The notes: generated from the sequence alone by a model not told the origin. Shown: positions 39,994-49,937, counted from the first letter of the stretch. The stretch: 64,000 bases of DNA from Bacteroidales bacterium (GCA_022768325.1 JALEMI010000072.1:2318-66317); one strand, 5' to 3'. Translations and numbers: made by a program.

Positions 39994-40890
39994 ATGGAGA
40001 GCGCACTGAACAATATTTCCATTTCAAAACTTAAGGACATGGGCTTCGACGGTGTCGTGTCCTATGCCGACGATATTATCCTGACCGACAGCATTGACCA
40101 TCTCGACGTGTTCCGCGACCCGTGCCGTGTCGACGGCATTGTCCTTTTCATCTGTCTTGAGGGTAAGGTCGTGTGCGACATCAATTTAAAGCGTCACGTC
40201 CTGGAGCCGGGCGATATGATTGTGAGCATGAATAGCAACATCATTCAGGTTCAAAACGCCAGTTGCTTCAAGGCCATGGCCATTCTCGTCACCATGGACT
40301 ACCTGAACAGGTTGCGTTTCGACATCAACAGCCGGCTCTCCATCTTTATGAATGTCATTAAGTCTCAGGCCACGGTTTCGCTCCCTCCGTCTGAGATTGA
40401 GGGCTTCAGCATGATTTTCCGCCTCATCATCAAGGCCATTGTGGACAACCGCCCCGATTGCCAAGACTTCATCTCCGTAATGTTGCAAGCCCTCTGCAGC
40501 TACGTGGTCTCGGCCGTGCAGACCTTCGCGCCACAGTCTTGCGGCGAGCGCAAGCCACAACGCACGGAGCTAATCTTCGAGCAATTCATGCAACTGTTGA
40601 CCAAGCATCACGTCAAGGAGCGCAACGTAGGCTTCTACGCCGACCTGATGGGCCTCTCGCCCAACTATTTGTCCCAGTCCGTAAAGACGTACAGCGAGCG
40701 CAGCGCCGCCGAGTGGATTAATGAATACACCATAACGGAGGCCAAGGTTCTGCTCCGTTTCTCCGAGTTGAGCGTACAGCAGGTGGCCGAGAAGCTCAAC
40801 TTCTCGTCTCAATCAGCTTTTGGCAAATATTTTAAGCAATACGTAGGTACAAGCCCCAAGACGTTCCGCCGCGAGAGCCGCGAGGGCTAA
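39994..40890 (+). CDS. AraC-family transcriptional regulator
   Basis: The C-terminal double HTH is GFYADLMGLSPNYLSQSVK...VQQVAEKLNFSSQSAFGKYFKQYVGTSPKTFR. It is divergent from the HlyD/ABC-2 operon. Confidence 0.85.
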   Translation: MESALNNISISKLKDMGFDGVVSYADDIILTDSIDHLDVFRDPCRVDGIVLFICLEGKVVCDINLKRHVLEPGDMIVSMNSNIIQVQNASCFKAMAILVTMDYLNRLRFDINSRLSIFMNVIKSQATVSLPPSEIEGFSMIFRLIIKAIVDNRPDCQDFISVMLQALCSYVVSAVQTFAPQSCGERKPQRTELIFEQFMQLLTKHHVKERNVGFYADLMGLSPNYLSQSVKTYSERSAAEWINEYTITEAKVLLRFSELSVQQVAEKLNFSSQSAFGKYFKQYVGTSPKTFRRESREG

Positions 40891-42347
40891 CGGCTCCTGA
40901 TGTTCGGCGCGCTGTTGCCTTTGCCCTTGTCCAACCAGCTGTTGCCCTGGCTTGTCGATGTGCGTCGGCTGGTGCTTTGGCGGCTCTGCCCGCTCCATTT
41001 GTCGGAGCTTGAGCTGCGGCGTGTTGTGCGGGTCACGGGCGACGTCCCGCCTGCCGATGCTCGTGGCTGGCGGTTTTGGTTCAGTGGCTCGTAGTTGTCG
41101 GCCAGTGTCTCCTCATCTTCTTTGTTTGGCTGAGCCCCCTTTTCTTTTGTCACCTGGATGTCGGACTGGAATTTCCATCCGTCGTCGGTCAGCAGGTATG
41201 CGTCGTAGCTCAGGTCGGGTCCGTAGAACTCGGGGCGACCTGTCATGATGCGGCTGTTGGCCTCAAGGTGGTCAAAGACAATCATTTCGGCTTTCGCGTC
41301 ATAGCGCATTGTCATGCTGGCGTTTATCGAGTATTTGAATATGCGCCGGCGGAAGCGTTGCTTAGGGTGGATGAACGATTTCGCCTGCCCAAAGGTAAAT
41401 TGCCCGCCAGTGCCCTCGCTCACAACCTCTATGACGCGCGTCTTCGTTGTCGCGTCCGCCCCTTTGTAGCCCAAGAGGGCGTAGTAGTTCTTACGGTCTT
41501 GACGGAACTGTATGATGCTCGTATAGAGGGCCCCGTACCACGATTTTGAGTTCAGCACGGCCATTTCGGGCGCCCCTATCTTGTGCGTCGTGTCGGTCAG
41601 TCGCTCAATGTGCGTCCCGTGCTTGGTGCGCATGGCCATCCATCCGCCGCATCGCGAGCTGAAGTCGCTGTATGCCAACATATACGTCACGGTTCGCAAG
41701 GCCTCGTCGGGCGAGTCGCAAACTGTCAGTTCGGGCATTCCGCTCAGGTCGCCCGTCAGGGTGGCTGTGGCCTTGTTGAGCCTCTTTATTACCACGGCCT
41801 CAGCTGCGTCTTTCTCGCTGTCCGTGCGGTCGGTGGATGATGTCACGATGCGCATGGCCATGCGGCTCACAATGTCGCCTATGGTCAGCTTGGCGGAGTT
41901 GCCGAGCGTGTCGGTGACGCATATCCCGTCCAGTCCCTCGTTCACCACGTGGCGGATTACGAAGGCAGAGTCCGTGCTGCTGAGGTCGTCCACGAAGGCC
42001 ATCGTCTCCCTTTGCTCCCCTACTTTTGCCGTGGCCATCCATACGAGGCGGCTCTGACCCTTGCGGGCCCACGTGGCGCACCATGCCGTCGCGTCGCCAC
42101 TTGCGGCGTCTATCCTGATTAGGTTCTTCGGCCGCCATTCGCGCAGGGCGGAGTCCGTGGCGGCGGCCATGTGCCTCTCTACTGCCGCCCTCCATGCCGG
42201 CTCGTCATACGATATGGCGTGTGCGTCAGGCTGTGAGATGAAGGTGTTGGTCATGCGCTCAACGTCGTCGAGAGGGTTGGGCTGACCCGATGCGGTGAGG
42301 GCGGACAAGGCCGTTGCGATTATCGCGCAGAGGGGACGAAGTGTCAT
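40887..42347 (-). CDS. Exported hypothetical protein with basic Ser/Thr/Arg-rich C-terminal tail
   Basis: The signal peptide is MTLRPLCAIIATALSALTASGQ. I recognise no domain. The last roughly 80 aa are low-complexity (..TRTTRRSSSSDKWSGQSRQSTSRRTSTSQ..). Confidence 0.6.
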   Translation of the reverse strand: MTLRPLCAIIATALSALTASGQPNPLDDVERMTNTFISQPDAHAISYDEPAWRAAVERHMAAATDSALREWRPKNLIRIDAASGDATAWCATWARKGQSRLVWMATAKVGEQRETMAFVDDLSSTDSAFVIRHVVNEGLDGICVTDTLGNSAKLTIGDIVSRMAMRIVTSSTDRTDSEKDAAEAVVIKRLNKATATLTGDLSGMPELTVCDSPDEALRTVTYMLAYSDFSSRCGGWMAMRTKHGTHIERLTDTTHKIGAPEMAVLNSKSWYGALYTSIIQFRQDRKNYYALLGYKGADATTKTRVIEVVSEGTGGQFTFGQAKSFIHPKQRFRRRIFKYSINASMTMRYDAKAEMIVFDHLEANSRIMTGRPEFYGPDLSYDAYLLTDDGWKFQSDIQVTKEKGAQPNKEDEETLADNYEPLNQNRQPRASAGGTSPVTRTTRRSSSSDKWSGQSRQSTSRRTSTSQGNSWLDKGKGNSAPNIRSR

Positions 42348-42446
42348 TATTTTTTTCTGTGGTTGGTTATTGGGGCTGATGCCGATCGCGCAAAAGTAAG
42401 AATGTCTTTGCTAAATTTGTGAAAACAAGATTCATACCATACTTTT

Positions 42447-44534
42447 TTGCCGACAGAACTTAAATACCTCAAGGGCGTCGGCCCTCGCAGGGCAGATGTT
42501 TTGGCCAAGGAGGCCGACATCCACTCCGAGACGGATGTCCTTGAATATTTCCCCTACAAATACGTCGACCGTAGCCGGATTTACAAGATAAACGAGCTTA
42601 CGGCCGACATGAGCTATGTCCAGCTCATCGGGCGGTTCGTGGCCAAGGAGGTTGTCGGGGTCGGAACGAAGAAACGCCTCTCCGCAAGGTTTGTCGATGG
42701 CTCGGGGGCAATGGAGGTGGTGTGGTTCAGAGGGTTGAACTACATTGACGGCCAGATTAATACGGCCGACGAGTACCTCCTTTTCGGCAAGCCCACCTTC
42801 TTCAATGGCCGCATGAACATGGCGCACCCCGACATTGAGCGAAACCCCGACCGCCTGCAATTCTCAGGCAAGCTCATGCCCATGTACACCACCACCGAGG
42901 GCATGAAGCGGGCCATGATTACGAGCAAGGTGATGCAGTCCATCGTCGAGGCGGCTTTCGAGTCGGTGCGCCTCACGGGAGTCCGCGAGACACTCCCCGC
43001 GCAGCTCATTGCCCGCCACAATCTCATGACGCGGCCCGATGCCCTCTGGGCTATCCATTTCCCTCCAGACCTCAAGACGCTCGAAAAGGCGCGTTTCCGC
43101 CTCAAGTTCGAGGAGCTTTTCTATATCCAGCTCGCCCTGTTGCGCAGCAGGAACATCAACCGAAGCCAAGTGGCGGGGATAAGGTTTGAGGCCCCAGGCC
43201 CAATGTTGGGCAAGTTCTACAAGGAGCACCAGAAGTTTGAGCCGACAGGGGCGCAAAAAAGGGTGGTTCACGAGGTGTGGGGCGATTTCAAGAGCGGTAA
43301 GCAGATGAATCGCCTCGTGCAGGGCGACGTCGGCAGTGGCAAGACGCTCGTCGCGCTCCTCTGTATGCTCATTGTCGCCGGCAATGGGATGCAGTCTTGC
43401 CTCATGGCTCCCACGGAGATTCTCGCCAATCAGCATTACGAAAACCTCGTCGGCGAGTTGCGTGGCATGGAGGTCCGGGTGGCCCTCCTGACGGGTTCTG
43501 TCAAGGGCAAGAAGCGGAAGGAGATTCTCGACGGCTTGGCCAATGGCTCAATAAGCATCGTCATCGGGACTCATGCGCTTATTGGCCCCACCGTCGCTTT
43601 CAATAGCTTGGCTCTCTGCGTCATCGACGAGCAACACCGCTTTGGCGTCGCCCAACGCGCCATGTTGTGGGCCACGAACTCATGCCCGCCCCACGTCCTC
43701 GTCATGACCGCCCCGCCCATTCCACGAACCCTCGCCATGACAATCTACGGCGACCTCGACGTGAGCGTCATCGACGAGATGCCGCCAGGGCGAAAGCCCG
43801 TCTACACCGAGCACTATTTCTATTGCAATCGCAACAAGCTCAACGCTTTCATCCGTTCCGAACTCCAAAAGGGCCGTCAAGCCTACGTCGTTTTCCCCCT
43901 CATTAAGGAGAACGAGAAAATGGACTACAAGAATCTTGAAGAGGGGTTCAAATTCATGACGGAGTGTTTCCCCGAATACAAGGTCTGCATGGTTCACGGG
44001 AAGCTCCGCACCGACGAGAAGGACGAGGCCATGCGCCAATTCGTGAGCGGCGAGGCGCGGATAATGGTGGCCACCACGGTCATCGAGGTGGGCGTCAATG
44101 TCCCCAACGCGTCTGTAATGGTCATCGAGAGTGCCGAGCGTTTTGGCCTCAGCCAGCTCCATCAGCTCCGAGGGCGTGTGGGGCGCGGCGCCGACCAGAG
44201 TTTCTGCATCCTCATGACGGCCAATGAGTTGGCTCGCGACACGCGTCGGCGCATTGAGATAATGTGCCAGACTACCGACGGCTTCGCCATTGCCGAGGCG
44301 GATATGCGTCTCCGTGGTCCTGGCGACATCGAGGGTACTCAGCAAAGCGGCGTCCCCTTCCGGCTCAAAATATCCGACCTCGCCCGCGATGCGCAAATCC
44401 TCAGTTTCGCCCGCGATTGCGCAAAAGAGGTCTTGGCCGACGACCCCATGCTGACCTCGCCCCAGAGCGTCGTCATGACGCAGCGGCTCGCCGAACTTCA
44501 AGGCAATGCCATGAATTGGAGCCGTATATCATGA
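42447..44534 (+). CDS. recG: ATP-dependent DNA helicase RecG
   Basis: It has a TTG start and the N-terminal wedge motif LKYLKGVGPRRA. The helicase motifs are GDVGSGKT, DEQHRFG and QLRGRVGRG. Confidence 0.9.
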   Translation: MPTELKYLKGVGPRRADVLAKEADIHSETDVLEYFPYKYVDRSRIYKINELTADMSYVQLIGRFVAKEVVGVGTKKRLSARFVDGSGAMEVVWFRGLNYIDGQINTADEYLLFGKPTFFNGRMNMAHPDIERNPDRLQFSGKLMPMYTTTEGMKRAMITSKVMQSIVEAAFESVRLTGVRETLPAQLIARHNLMTRPDALWAIHFPPDLKTLEKARFRLKFEELFYIQLALLRSRNINRSQVAGIRFEAPGPMLGKFYKEHQKFEPTGAQKRVVHEVWGDFKSGKQMNRLVQGDVGSGKTLVALLCMLIVAGNGMQSCLMAPTEILANQHYENLVGELRGMEVRVALLTGSVKGKKRKEILDGLANGSISIVIGTHALIGPTVAFNSLALCVIDEQHRFGVAQRAMLWATNSCPPHVLVMTAPPIPRTLAMTIYGDLDVSVIDEMPPGRKPVYTEHYFYCNRNKLNAFIRSELQKGRQAYVVFPLIKENEKMDYKNLEEGFKFMTECFPEYKVCMVHGKLRTDEKDEAMRQFVSGEARIMVATTVIEVGVNVPNASVMVIESAERFGLSQLHQLRGRVGRGADQSFCILMTANELARDTRRRIEIMCQTTDGFAIAEADMRLRGPGDIEGTQQSGVPFRLKISDLARDAQILSFARDCAKEVLADDPMLTSPQSVVMTQRLAELQGNAMNWSRIS

Positions 44535-44600
44535 CGTGCGAAACAGAAAAAGATATATTTTTGTTAAAAAGGTATTCCTCCCAAAAACACGATAATAGTA

Positions 44601-46631
44601 ATGGCTAAAACAAGAAGTTTCTTATTGACTGTCATCGCGGCTCTGATGATATTCTGCGTCCCAGCTCAAGCGCAGAAAAAGAAGTACAAGACAACCGATG
44701 ACAAGAAGGCCTACGCCTTCTACAAGGAGGGCAACGACATCCTCATCATGGCTGGCCGAAACAACGTCGACAAGCTCAACGAGGCGCTCGCCAAGTATAA
44801 GCAGGCCCTCGAACGCGACCCTGAATATATTGAGGCGCTCTACGCGACATCGGAGGTCTACGCCGACCTCGGGCAGCCGGGAAACCAGATTGGCTATCTC
44901 CAGAAAGCCGTAGGGCTGGACTCCACTTATTGGGTGGCGGCCTATTACCGTTGCGCCGTGGCTCTGTGCCAAAAAGAGCGTTATGAGGAGTCCGTCAAGT
45001 GGTTCAAACTCTTCGACCGTTTCTCAAAAGTCAAGAAGACCTCGGTGAAGCAAGACCACCAATGGAGGCGCAAGGCCATGGCTATGGTCAACACCATGAG
45101 CCACCCCGTGCCATTTGAACCCCGATACCCAAGCCCCCTCATTGAGCAGTCGCCCTACGAGACCTATTGGCCCTCGCTCTCGCTCGACGAGACGGAGCTT
45201 GTCGTGACGTCGCGTCTCCCCATCGACACCGTCGCCTTCCGCAACGACCCGACAATGATTAACCGAATCAACAACAACGAGACGCAAGAGGACCTCTACG
45301 TCATGACGCGCGAGAACCCCGATGTCCAATGGCGACCGCTTCAACCTATCTACACCGTCAACACCGACTTTAACGAAGGAACGCAGTCCATCTCGCCCGA
45401 CGGCCGATGGATGTTTTACACGGCCTGCGGCTATCGCGATTCTAAAGGCTCGTGCGACATATATTTCTCGCAGAGGACGGCGCGCGGATGGACTAAGGGC
45501 GTCAATGTGGGCGAGCCTGTCAACTCACCCGCATGGGAGTCGCAGCCCTGCTTCTCGGCCGACGGTAAGACTTTGTTCTTTGTCCGTGGCCGCTCCAATT
45601 CTTATAAGAGGAATGGCAACATCATGATGGCAAACCTTAAAGGCGTAAGTCCCAAGGGCGTCCCCATCTTCTCCGAAGTCCGCAACCTTGGCGACTCCAT
45701 CAATACGAGCGGCGACGAGAGCCACCCCTTCATCCACCACGACGGCGAGACGCTCTACTTCTCGTCCGACACGTGGCCAGGCGTTGGCGGCCGCGACATC
45801 TTCGTCAGCCGCATGAAGAAAGACGGCACATGGTCGCGCCCCCGCAACATCGGCTTCCCAATCAATAACACTGAGGACGACGACGGCCTTGTTGTCAACG
45901 CGAGCGGCACGACGGGATATTACAACTCCGTGCGGATTGTCGACGGCCGACGCAAACGCGAGGTCCGTATGTTCGACCTCTATCCCGAGATTCGTCCTCG
46001 GCCTGTCCCCTTCATCCGCGGATACATAAGCGACTGCGACACGAAAAAGAGCATCGCCGCCACAATCCTGCTCGACCGTATGCCCGACGGTGTCAACATT
46101 GCCACCGCCCGCGCCCTCGACGACGGCTCGTTCACCCTCGCTGTCCCCGGCCCTTCAGATTATCTCCTCTCCGTCAATGCCAAAGGCTATTTCTTCCGCT
46201 CCCATAAATTCAGCGTCGCCGATGTCGAGAAAATGCACGGCCCCATAAAGCTCGAGTCTGAACAAGTCTGCCTTACGCCCCTCAAGGTCGGCAAGAAGAT
46301 TGCCCTCCGCAACATATATTTCGACACCGACAAATATGAGGTCAAGCCCGAGAGCCAAGTCGAGTTGCAAATCTTGATCCGCATCATGAAAGAGAGCCCG
46401 ACAATTCGCATCGAGATAAGCGGCCACACCGATAGCCGCGCCTCAGAGCAGCACAACAAAACCCTCTCCCTCAATCGCGCCAAGGCCACCGTGGCATACC
46501 TCGTCGAACACGGCATAGACCGCAAGCGTTTCGAGATTAAAGGCTATGGCGAGAGCCAACCATGCGCCACGAACGACACCGAGGAGGGCATGGCCCTCAA
46601 CCGCCGTATCGAGGCCAAGATCATAGAATAG
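44601..46631 (+). CDS. OmpA-family protein with TPR and TolB-like beta-propeller regions
   Basis: It has a signal peptide. The C-terminal OmpA_C domain is IYFDTDKYEV...ISGHTDSRASEQHNKTLSLNRAKAT...GYGESQP...NRRIE. Confidence 0.8.
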   Translation: MAKTRSFLLTVIAALMIFCVPAQAQKKKYKTTDDKKAYAFYKEGNDILIMAGRNNVDKLNEALAKYKQALERDPEYIEALYATSEVYADLGQPGNQIGYLQKAVGLDSTYWVAAYYRCAVALCQKERYEESVKWFKLFDRFSKVKKTSVKQDHQWRRKAMAMVNTMSHPVPFEPRYPSPLIEQSPYETYWPSLSLDETELVVTSRLPIDTVAFRNDPTMINRINNNETQEDLYVMTRENPDVQWRPLQPIYTVNTDFNEGTQSISPDGRWMFYTACGYRDSKGSCDIYFSQRTARGWTKGVNVGEPVNSPAWESQPCFSADGKTLFFVRGRSNSYKRNGNIMMANLKGVSPKGVPIFSEVRNLGDSINTSGDESHPFIHHDGETLYFSSDTWPGVGGRDIFVSRMKKDGTWSRPRNIGFPINNTEDDDGLVVNASGTTGYYNSVRIVDGRRKREVRMFDLYPEIRPRPVPFIRGYISDCDTKKSIAATILLDRMPDGVNIATARALDDGSFTLAVPGPSDYLLSVNAKGYFFRSHKFSVADVEKMHGPIKLESEQVCLTPLKVGKKIALRNIYFDTDKYEVKPESQVELQILIRIMKESPTIRIEISGHTDSRASEQHNKTLSLNRAKATVAYLVEHGIDRKRFEIKGYGESQPCATNDTEEGMALNRRIEAKIIE

Positions 46632-46652
46632 AATTTCACAAACCCTTTCCCA

Positions 46653-46690
46653 CCACCCTCGTGCTGAAAATCAATTCGGCGCGAGGGTGG
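46653..46690 (+). terminator. Hairpin after the OmpA-family gene
   Basis: The stem is CCACCCTCG (46653-46661) / CGAGGGTGG (46682-46690). There is no clear T-tract. Confidence 0.45.
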
Positions 46691-46723
46691 GTTGTATTCC
46701 GTTATATGTGTTGCGCCCAAAAT

Positions 46724-46738
46724 CGTAGTGTGGCTACG
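46724..46738. promoter_or_regulatory. Dyad CGTAG-N5-CTACG, copy 1, upstream of the ATPase/RloB pair
   Basis: Read directly from the sequence: cgtagtgtggctacg. Confidence 0.3.
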
Positions 46739-46785
46739 AAATTGCCTTTGTTGTTTAGTTTCTCAAGCTAAATAATGACTATTTT

Positions 46786-46800
46786 CGTAGCATAGCTACG
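46786..46800. promoter_or_regulatory. Perfect palindrome CGTAGC-ATA-GCTACG, copy 2, 25 nt upstream of the ATPase start
   Basis: Read directly from the sequence: cgtagcatagctacg. It shares its half-sites with copy 1, 62 bp upstream. Confidence 0.35.
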
Positions 46801-46824
46801 ATAATGATAATCTGATAACGTGCC

Positions 46825-48105
46825 ATGATTAGAGAGTTTTGGGTGAAAAACTACCTGTCCATTCGCAATAGGCAAGGGTTGAACTTTTTAGCCAAAGGTC
46901 CTGCTTCTGATTTGGTTACAGAAGTCTCTTCGGGTGTGTTTCTGTATAAGCTGGGTGTCTTGTACGGCTCTAATGCCTCGGGCAAATCAAATATGCTGAT
47001 TGCGCTCAACGAGGTCTTCCGACTTTTAGTACACCCCTTGTCCGATGCAAATCGGGCAATTAGCGGCTACTTGCCTTTTGTTCTCACAAAGGGCGACCCG
47101 ACCCAAATGTACGTCTCCTTTTATGCCAACGGCATAAGGTACGACTATTACGTAGAGTTCAACGGCAAGAATATCTTGCGCGAGAGCCTATTCTATTATC
47201 CGAACAAGTCAAAGGCCCTGTTTTACGAACGCACCTTCGTCGGCGACAATGTGCAGGCCGAGATTAAACTTGGCGCAAGCCTTAAATTGTCCGTAAAGAC
47301 GCAGGAAAGCATCCGCGAGAACACGCTAAACAACCATAGTGTGTTGTCCGTTTGCCGAAAAGCCGCCCTGAAAGATGACATTGCCCCATTTAATGCGCTT
47401 CATGGATGGATTATGGCGACGTACAACGACGTGGATGGCGATGATAAAAAGGGATTCGTGGAGATCTTAAAGCAAGCTTTTGACGACCCCCGAAAACGCA
47501 AGTTCTACAACGTGATGCTCCAAAAGGCGGACTTGAATATTTTGGAGTATAAGCCTACCGTCGAAACGCGTGTCGTGCCTAAAGAGTTTCTTGAACTCAT
47601 CAAAAAGGAAAACATCCCAGATGGGGTGAAGGCGGCTCTGCTCAAGCCCACTTCCGACACCGTTACGTTTGTCAATCACTCTGCCGACGGTGATTTTGAG
47701 CTTCCGCTTGCTTTGCAATCCAAGGGAACTCAAAAATACATACGGATTTTGGAGGCTCTCTATGATATGGTGACAGGCGCCCACGTGTATTATCTGGATG
47801 AATTGGGCGAAGATTTGCATTACGACTTGCTCTATTACTATCTCAATGTCTTCATTTTCAACTCACAAAACTCGCAGCTGATTATTACAAGCCAAGAAAC
47901 AACCCTTCTGTCCCAAGACCTTATAAATGAGAATAGGGGCGTGGTTTGGTTCGTAGAGAAGAATAGGGATACAGCCTCGTCAGAGTATTTCCGTGGCGAC
48001 GATTTCGGTCTGCACAAGAATCTCTCTCTCTACAATTCCTATCGCATTGGCCGTATGGGGGCTAAACCGGAGCTGGGCAGCATTTTCATAAATCTCGATG
48101 ATTGA
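46825..48105 (+). CDS. ABC/SMC-type AAA ATPase (AAA_15/AAA_21-like; AbiLi / RloA-like)
   Basis: Walker A is GSNASGKSN. The signature-like motif is LQSKGTQKY. Walker B plus the H-loop is HVYYLDELGEDLH. The codon usage is AT-rich. Confidence 0.8.
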   Translation: MIREFWVKNYLSIRNRQGLNFLAKGPASDLVTEVSSGVFLYKLGVLYGSNASGKSNMLIALNEVFRLLVHPLSDANRAISGYLPFVLTKGDPTQMYVSFYANGIRYDYYVEFNGKNILRESLFYYPNKSKALFYERTFVGDNVQAEIKLGASLKLSVKTQESIRENTLNNHSVLSVCRKAALKDDIAPFNALHGWIMATYNDVDGDDKKGFVEILKQAFDDPRKRKFYNVMLQKADLNILEYKPTVETRVVPKEFLELIKKENIPDGVKAALLKPTSDTVTFVNHSADGDFELPLALQSKGTQKYIRILEALYDMVTGAHVYYLDELGEDLHYDLLYYYLNVFIFNSQNSQLIITSQETTLLSQDLINENRGVVWFVEKNRDTASSEYFRGDDFGLHKNLSLYNSYRIGRMGAKPELGSIFINLDD

Positions 48106-48715
48106 CATGGGGAAACTACGGCAAACGGTTCTCATATTAGGAGAAGGGCCTACGGAATTTTTCTATTTCAAGTCCCTATGCGATGAGTTCAAACGCTTGA
48201 CCATCAAGCCGGACTATCCGAAACATACGAACATGAAAGAGCTTGAGGCTAAAATTGAGGAGGGTATAGCCGTGGGCTTTAGTCACATTTTCTGTATCAT
48301 TGATATGGACACAAAGGACGCGGAGCCCGAACGCTCTCAATATCAGAGGTTAAAGAGCAAGTACGCCAAGCCTATCAATAAGCCCAAGAAAGGCATATTC
48401 TGCCAAGTCGATTTCTTTGAGACACACCGCTGCACTGAGCTGTTCTTCCTCTACTATTTCCGCTATACGGCGCGCCCTTATGACAATCAGGATTTGCTTC
48501 TCAAAGACCTCAACCTGTGCGTCGATTACAAGAAATCGATTGATTTCTTCTCAAAGGTAAAAGGGCTGCATGGCTATTTCTTGCGCAACAAGGGAAGTCT
48601 TGACACAGCAATAGTCAATGCCAATCGTTCAGTCGAAGAACGGCAAAATGACGGAAGAGAATACACATATTCCGAGCTCGGGCGGTTGATGGCAAGGCTA
48701 AAAGAGGATTTTTAA
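48098..48715 (+). CDS. RloB-like (Toprim-related) protein (AbiLii-like)
   Basis: It overlaps the ATPase gene by 8 nt. The N-terminal VLILGEGPTEFFYF matches the RloB CEGxxTEpxYF motif. An acidic IIDMD motif follows. Confidence 0.7.
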   Translation: MIDMGKLRQTVLILGEGPTEFFYFKSLCDEFKRLTIKPDYPKHTNMKELEAKIEEGIAVGFSHIFCIIDMDTKDAEPERSQYQRLKSKYAKPINKPKKGIFCQVDFFETHRCTELFFLYYFRYTARPYDNQDLLLKDLNLCVDYKKSIDFFSKVKGLHGYFLRNKGSLDTAIVNANRSVEERQNDGREYTYSELGRLMARLKEDF

Positions 48716-48894
48716 GTACCATCCAGTCCTGTTTGACGTTTTTTGTGAGTATCTTAAAATGACGTTGAAATGCGTGATTTTCAGATTGGTGCCGTCTTTT
48801 GCCAAATCTTTCAGACATTAATCTTTGATGAGCAATTGTCTCAGTGGGATGTATTTGAGACTATGTATATTTGCAAAATATTTGCGTTTAAAAT

Positions 48895-49908
48895 ATGGAA
48901 TGTATCTATAACTTGGAAGGGAAGAATAAGGCAATTGTTCTCTTTAAATTCTTTGCCGCATTGCTTATTACCTATTCGCACATGGCAATACTGTTCCCGA
49001 AGTTTAATTGGCTTGTAACTGGCGGAGCTATAGGTGACGGGTTATTTTTCTTCTGTTCTGGTTTTACGCTGTTCCTCGGGCGCAAGAGCAGTTTTTCCGA
49101 TTGGTATGGCAGACGTGTGAGTAGGATATATCCCTCCATCATAATGTGGGCTTTGCTGTCCGCTTTGTTTTTCGGTTGGGAGTGGAGTGTGACAGACCTG
49201 TTGACCACACCTAAGTATTGGTTCATACCATGCATCATGGTGTATTACGCCATATTCTATCTCGTCCGAGAGTTTCTTGCTCATCATCTGAATATAGTTT
49301 TTTACGTGTCGTTAGCGTTGATAACGATGGTAAGTTTTTTTGTTCTTGATATGGACAATTCTGTCATGTATGCACAGGTGTCGTTCATGAGGGTATATTA
49401 TTTCATTTTTATGCTGATAGGTGCTGTCACGGCAGTGGATTTGAAGAAAGAACAGAAAGAGAGGGTGTTTGGCTTTTTGTGGAATGGTAATGGAGGAGTG
49501 TTAAGGTCTACTTTCCTGTTTGTAATGTCGATTGTGCTGTATTATGCGTGTATGGCAGCCTATAAATTAGGTCCTTTTTATTGTCATTTTCAGATGGTTT
49601 CGCTTTTGCCACTCATGGCGGCCATATATTACTTATTTGTGATTTGTAGTGACAAGAAGTTGTTGAAAGTGTTCGACATGCCGATTGTGGGAAATGTTGT
49701 ATATGTGATATCGTCGTTGACGTTGGAAATATATTTGGTTCAATATGCAATATTCACAGACAGACTGAATTCTATTTTCCCTTTGAATATTTTTGTGGTC
49801 TATCTGGCAATATTTGCCGTTGCTTACATTCTAAAATGTTTTTCCAACCTCTTCACCCTCGTCTTTTCAAATAGCCATATCTGTTTGAAGCAGATATTCT
49901 CAATATAG
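48895..49908 (+). CDS. Membrane acyltransferase (acyltransferase_3 family)
   Basis: It is a roughly 10-TM protein. The N-terminal FKFFAALLITYSHM...DGLFFFCSGF is typical of O-acyltransferases. The gene is AT-rich. Confidence 0.75.
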   Translation: MECIYNLEGKNKAIVLFKFFAALLITYSHMAILFPKFNWLVTGGAIGDGLFFFCSGFTLFLGRKSSFSDWYGRRVSRIYPSIIMWALLSALFFGWEWSVTDLLTTPKYWFIPCIMVYYAIFYLVREFLAHHLNIVFYVSLALITMVSFFVLDMDNSVMYAQVSFMRVYYFIFMLIGAVTAVDLKKEQKERVFGFLWNGNGGVLRSTFLFVMSIVLYYACMAAYKLGPFYCHFQMVSLLPLMAAIYYLFVICSDKKLLKVFDMPIVGNVVYVISSLTLEIYLVQYAIFTDRLNSIFPLNIFVVYLAIFAVAYILKCFSNLFTLVFSNSHICLKQIFSI

Positions 49909-49937
49909 CCTTTGCATTGGGGCTACAGTCTCCATTG

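Noticed and set aside
40813-41094. Small ORFs 40813..40998 (-) and 40900..41094 (+) at the AraC / orphan-gene junction
   Set aside because: They overlap the 3' end of the 486-aa gene, whose low-complexity tail generates open frames on several phases.
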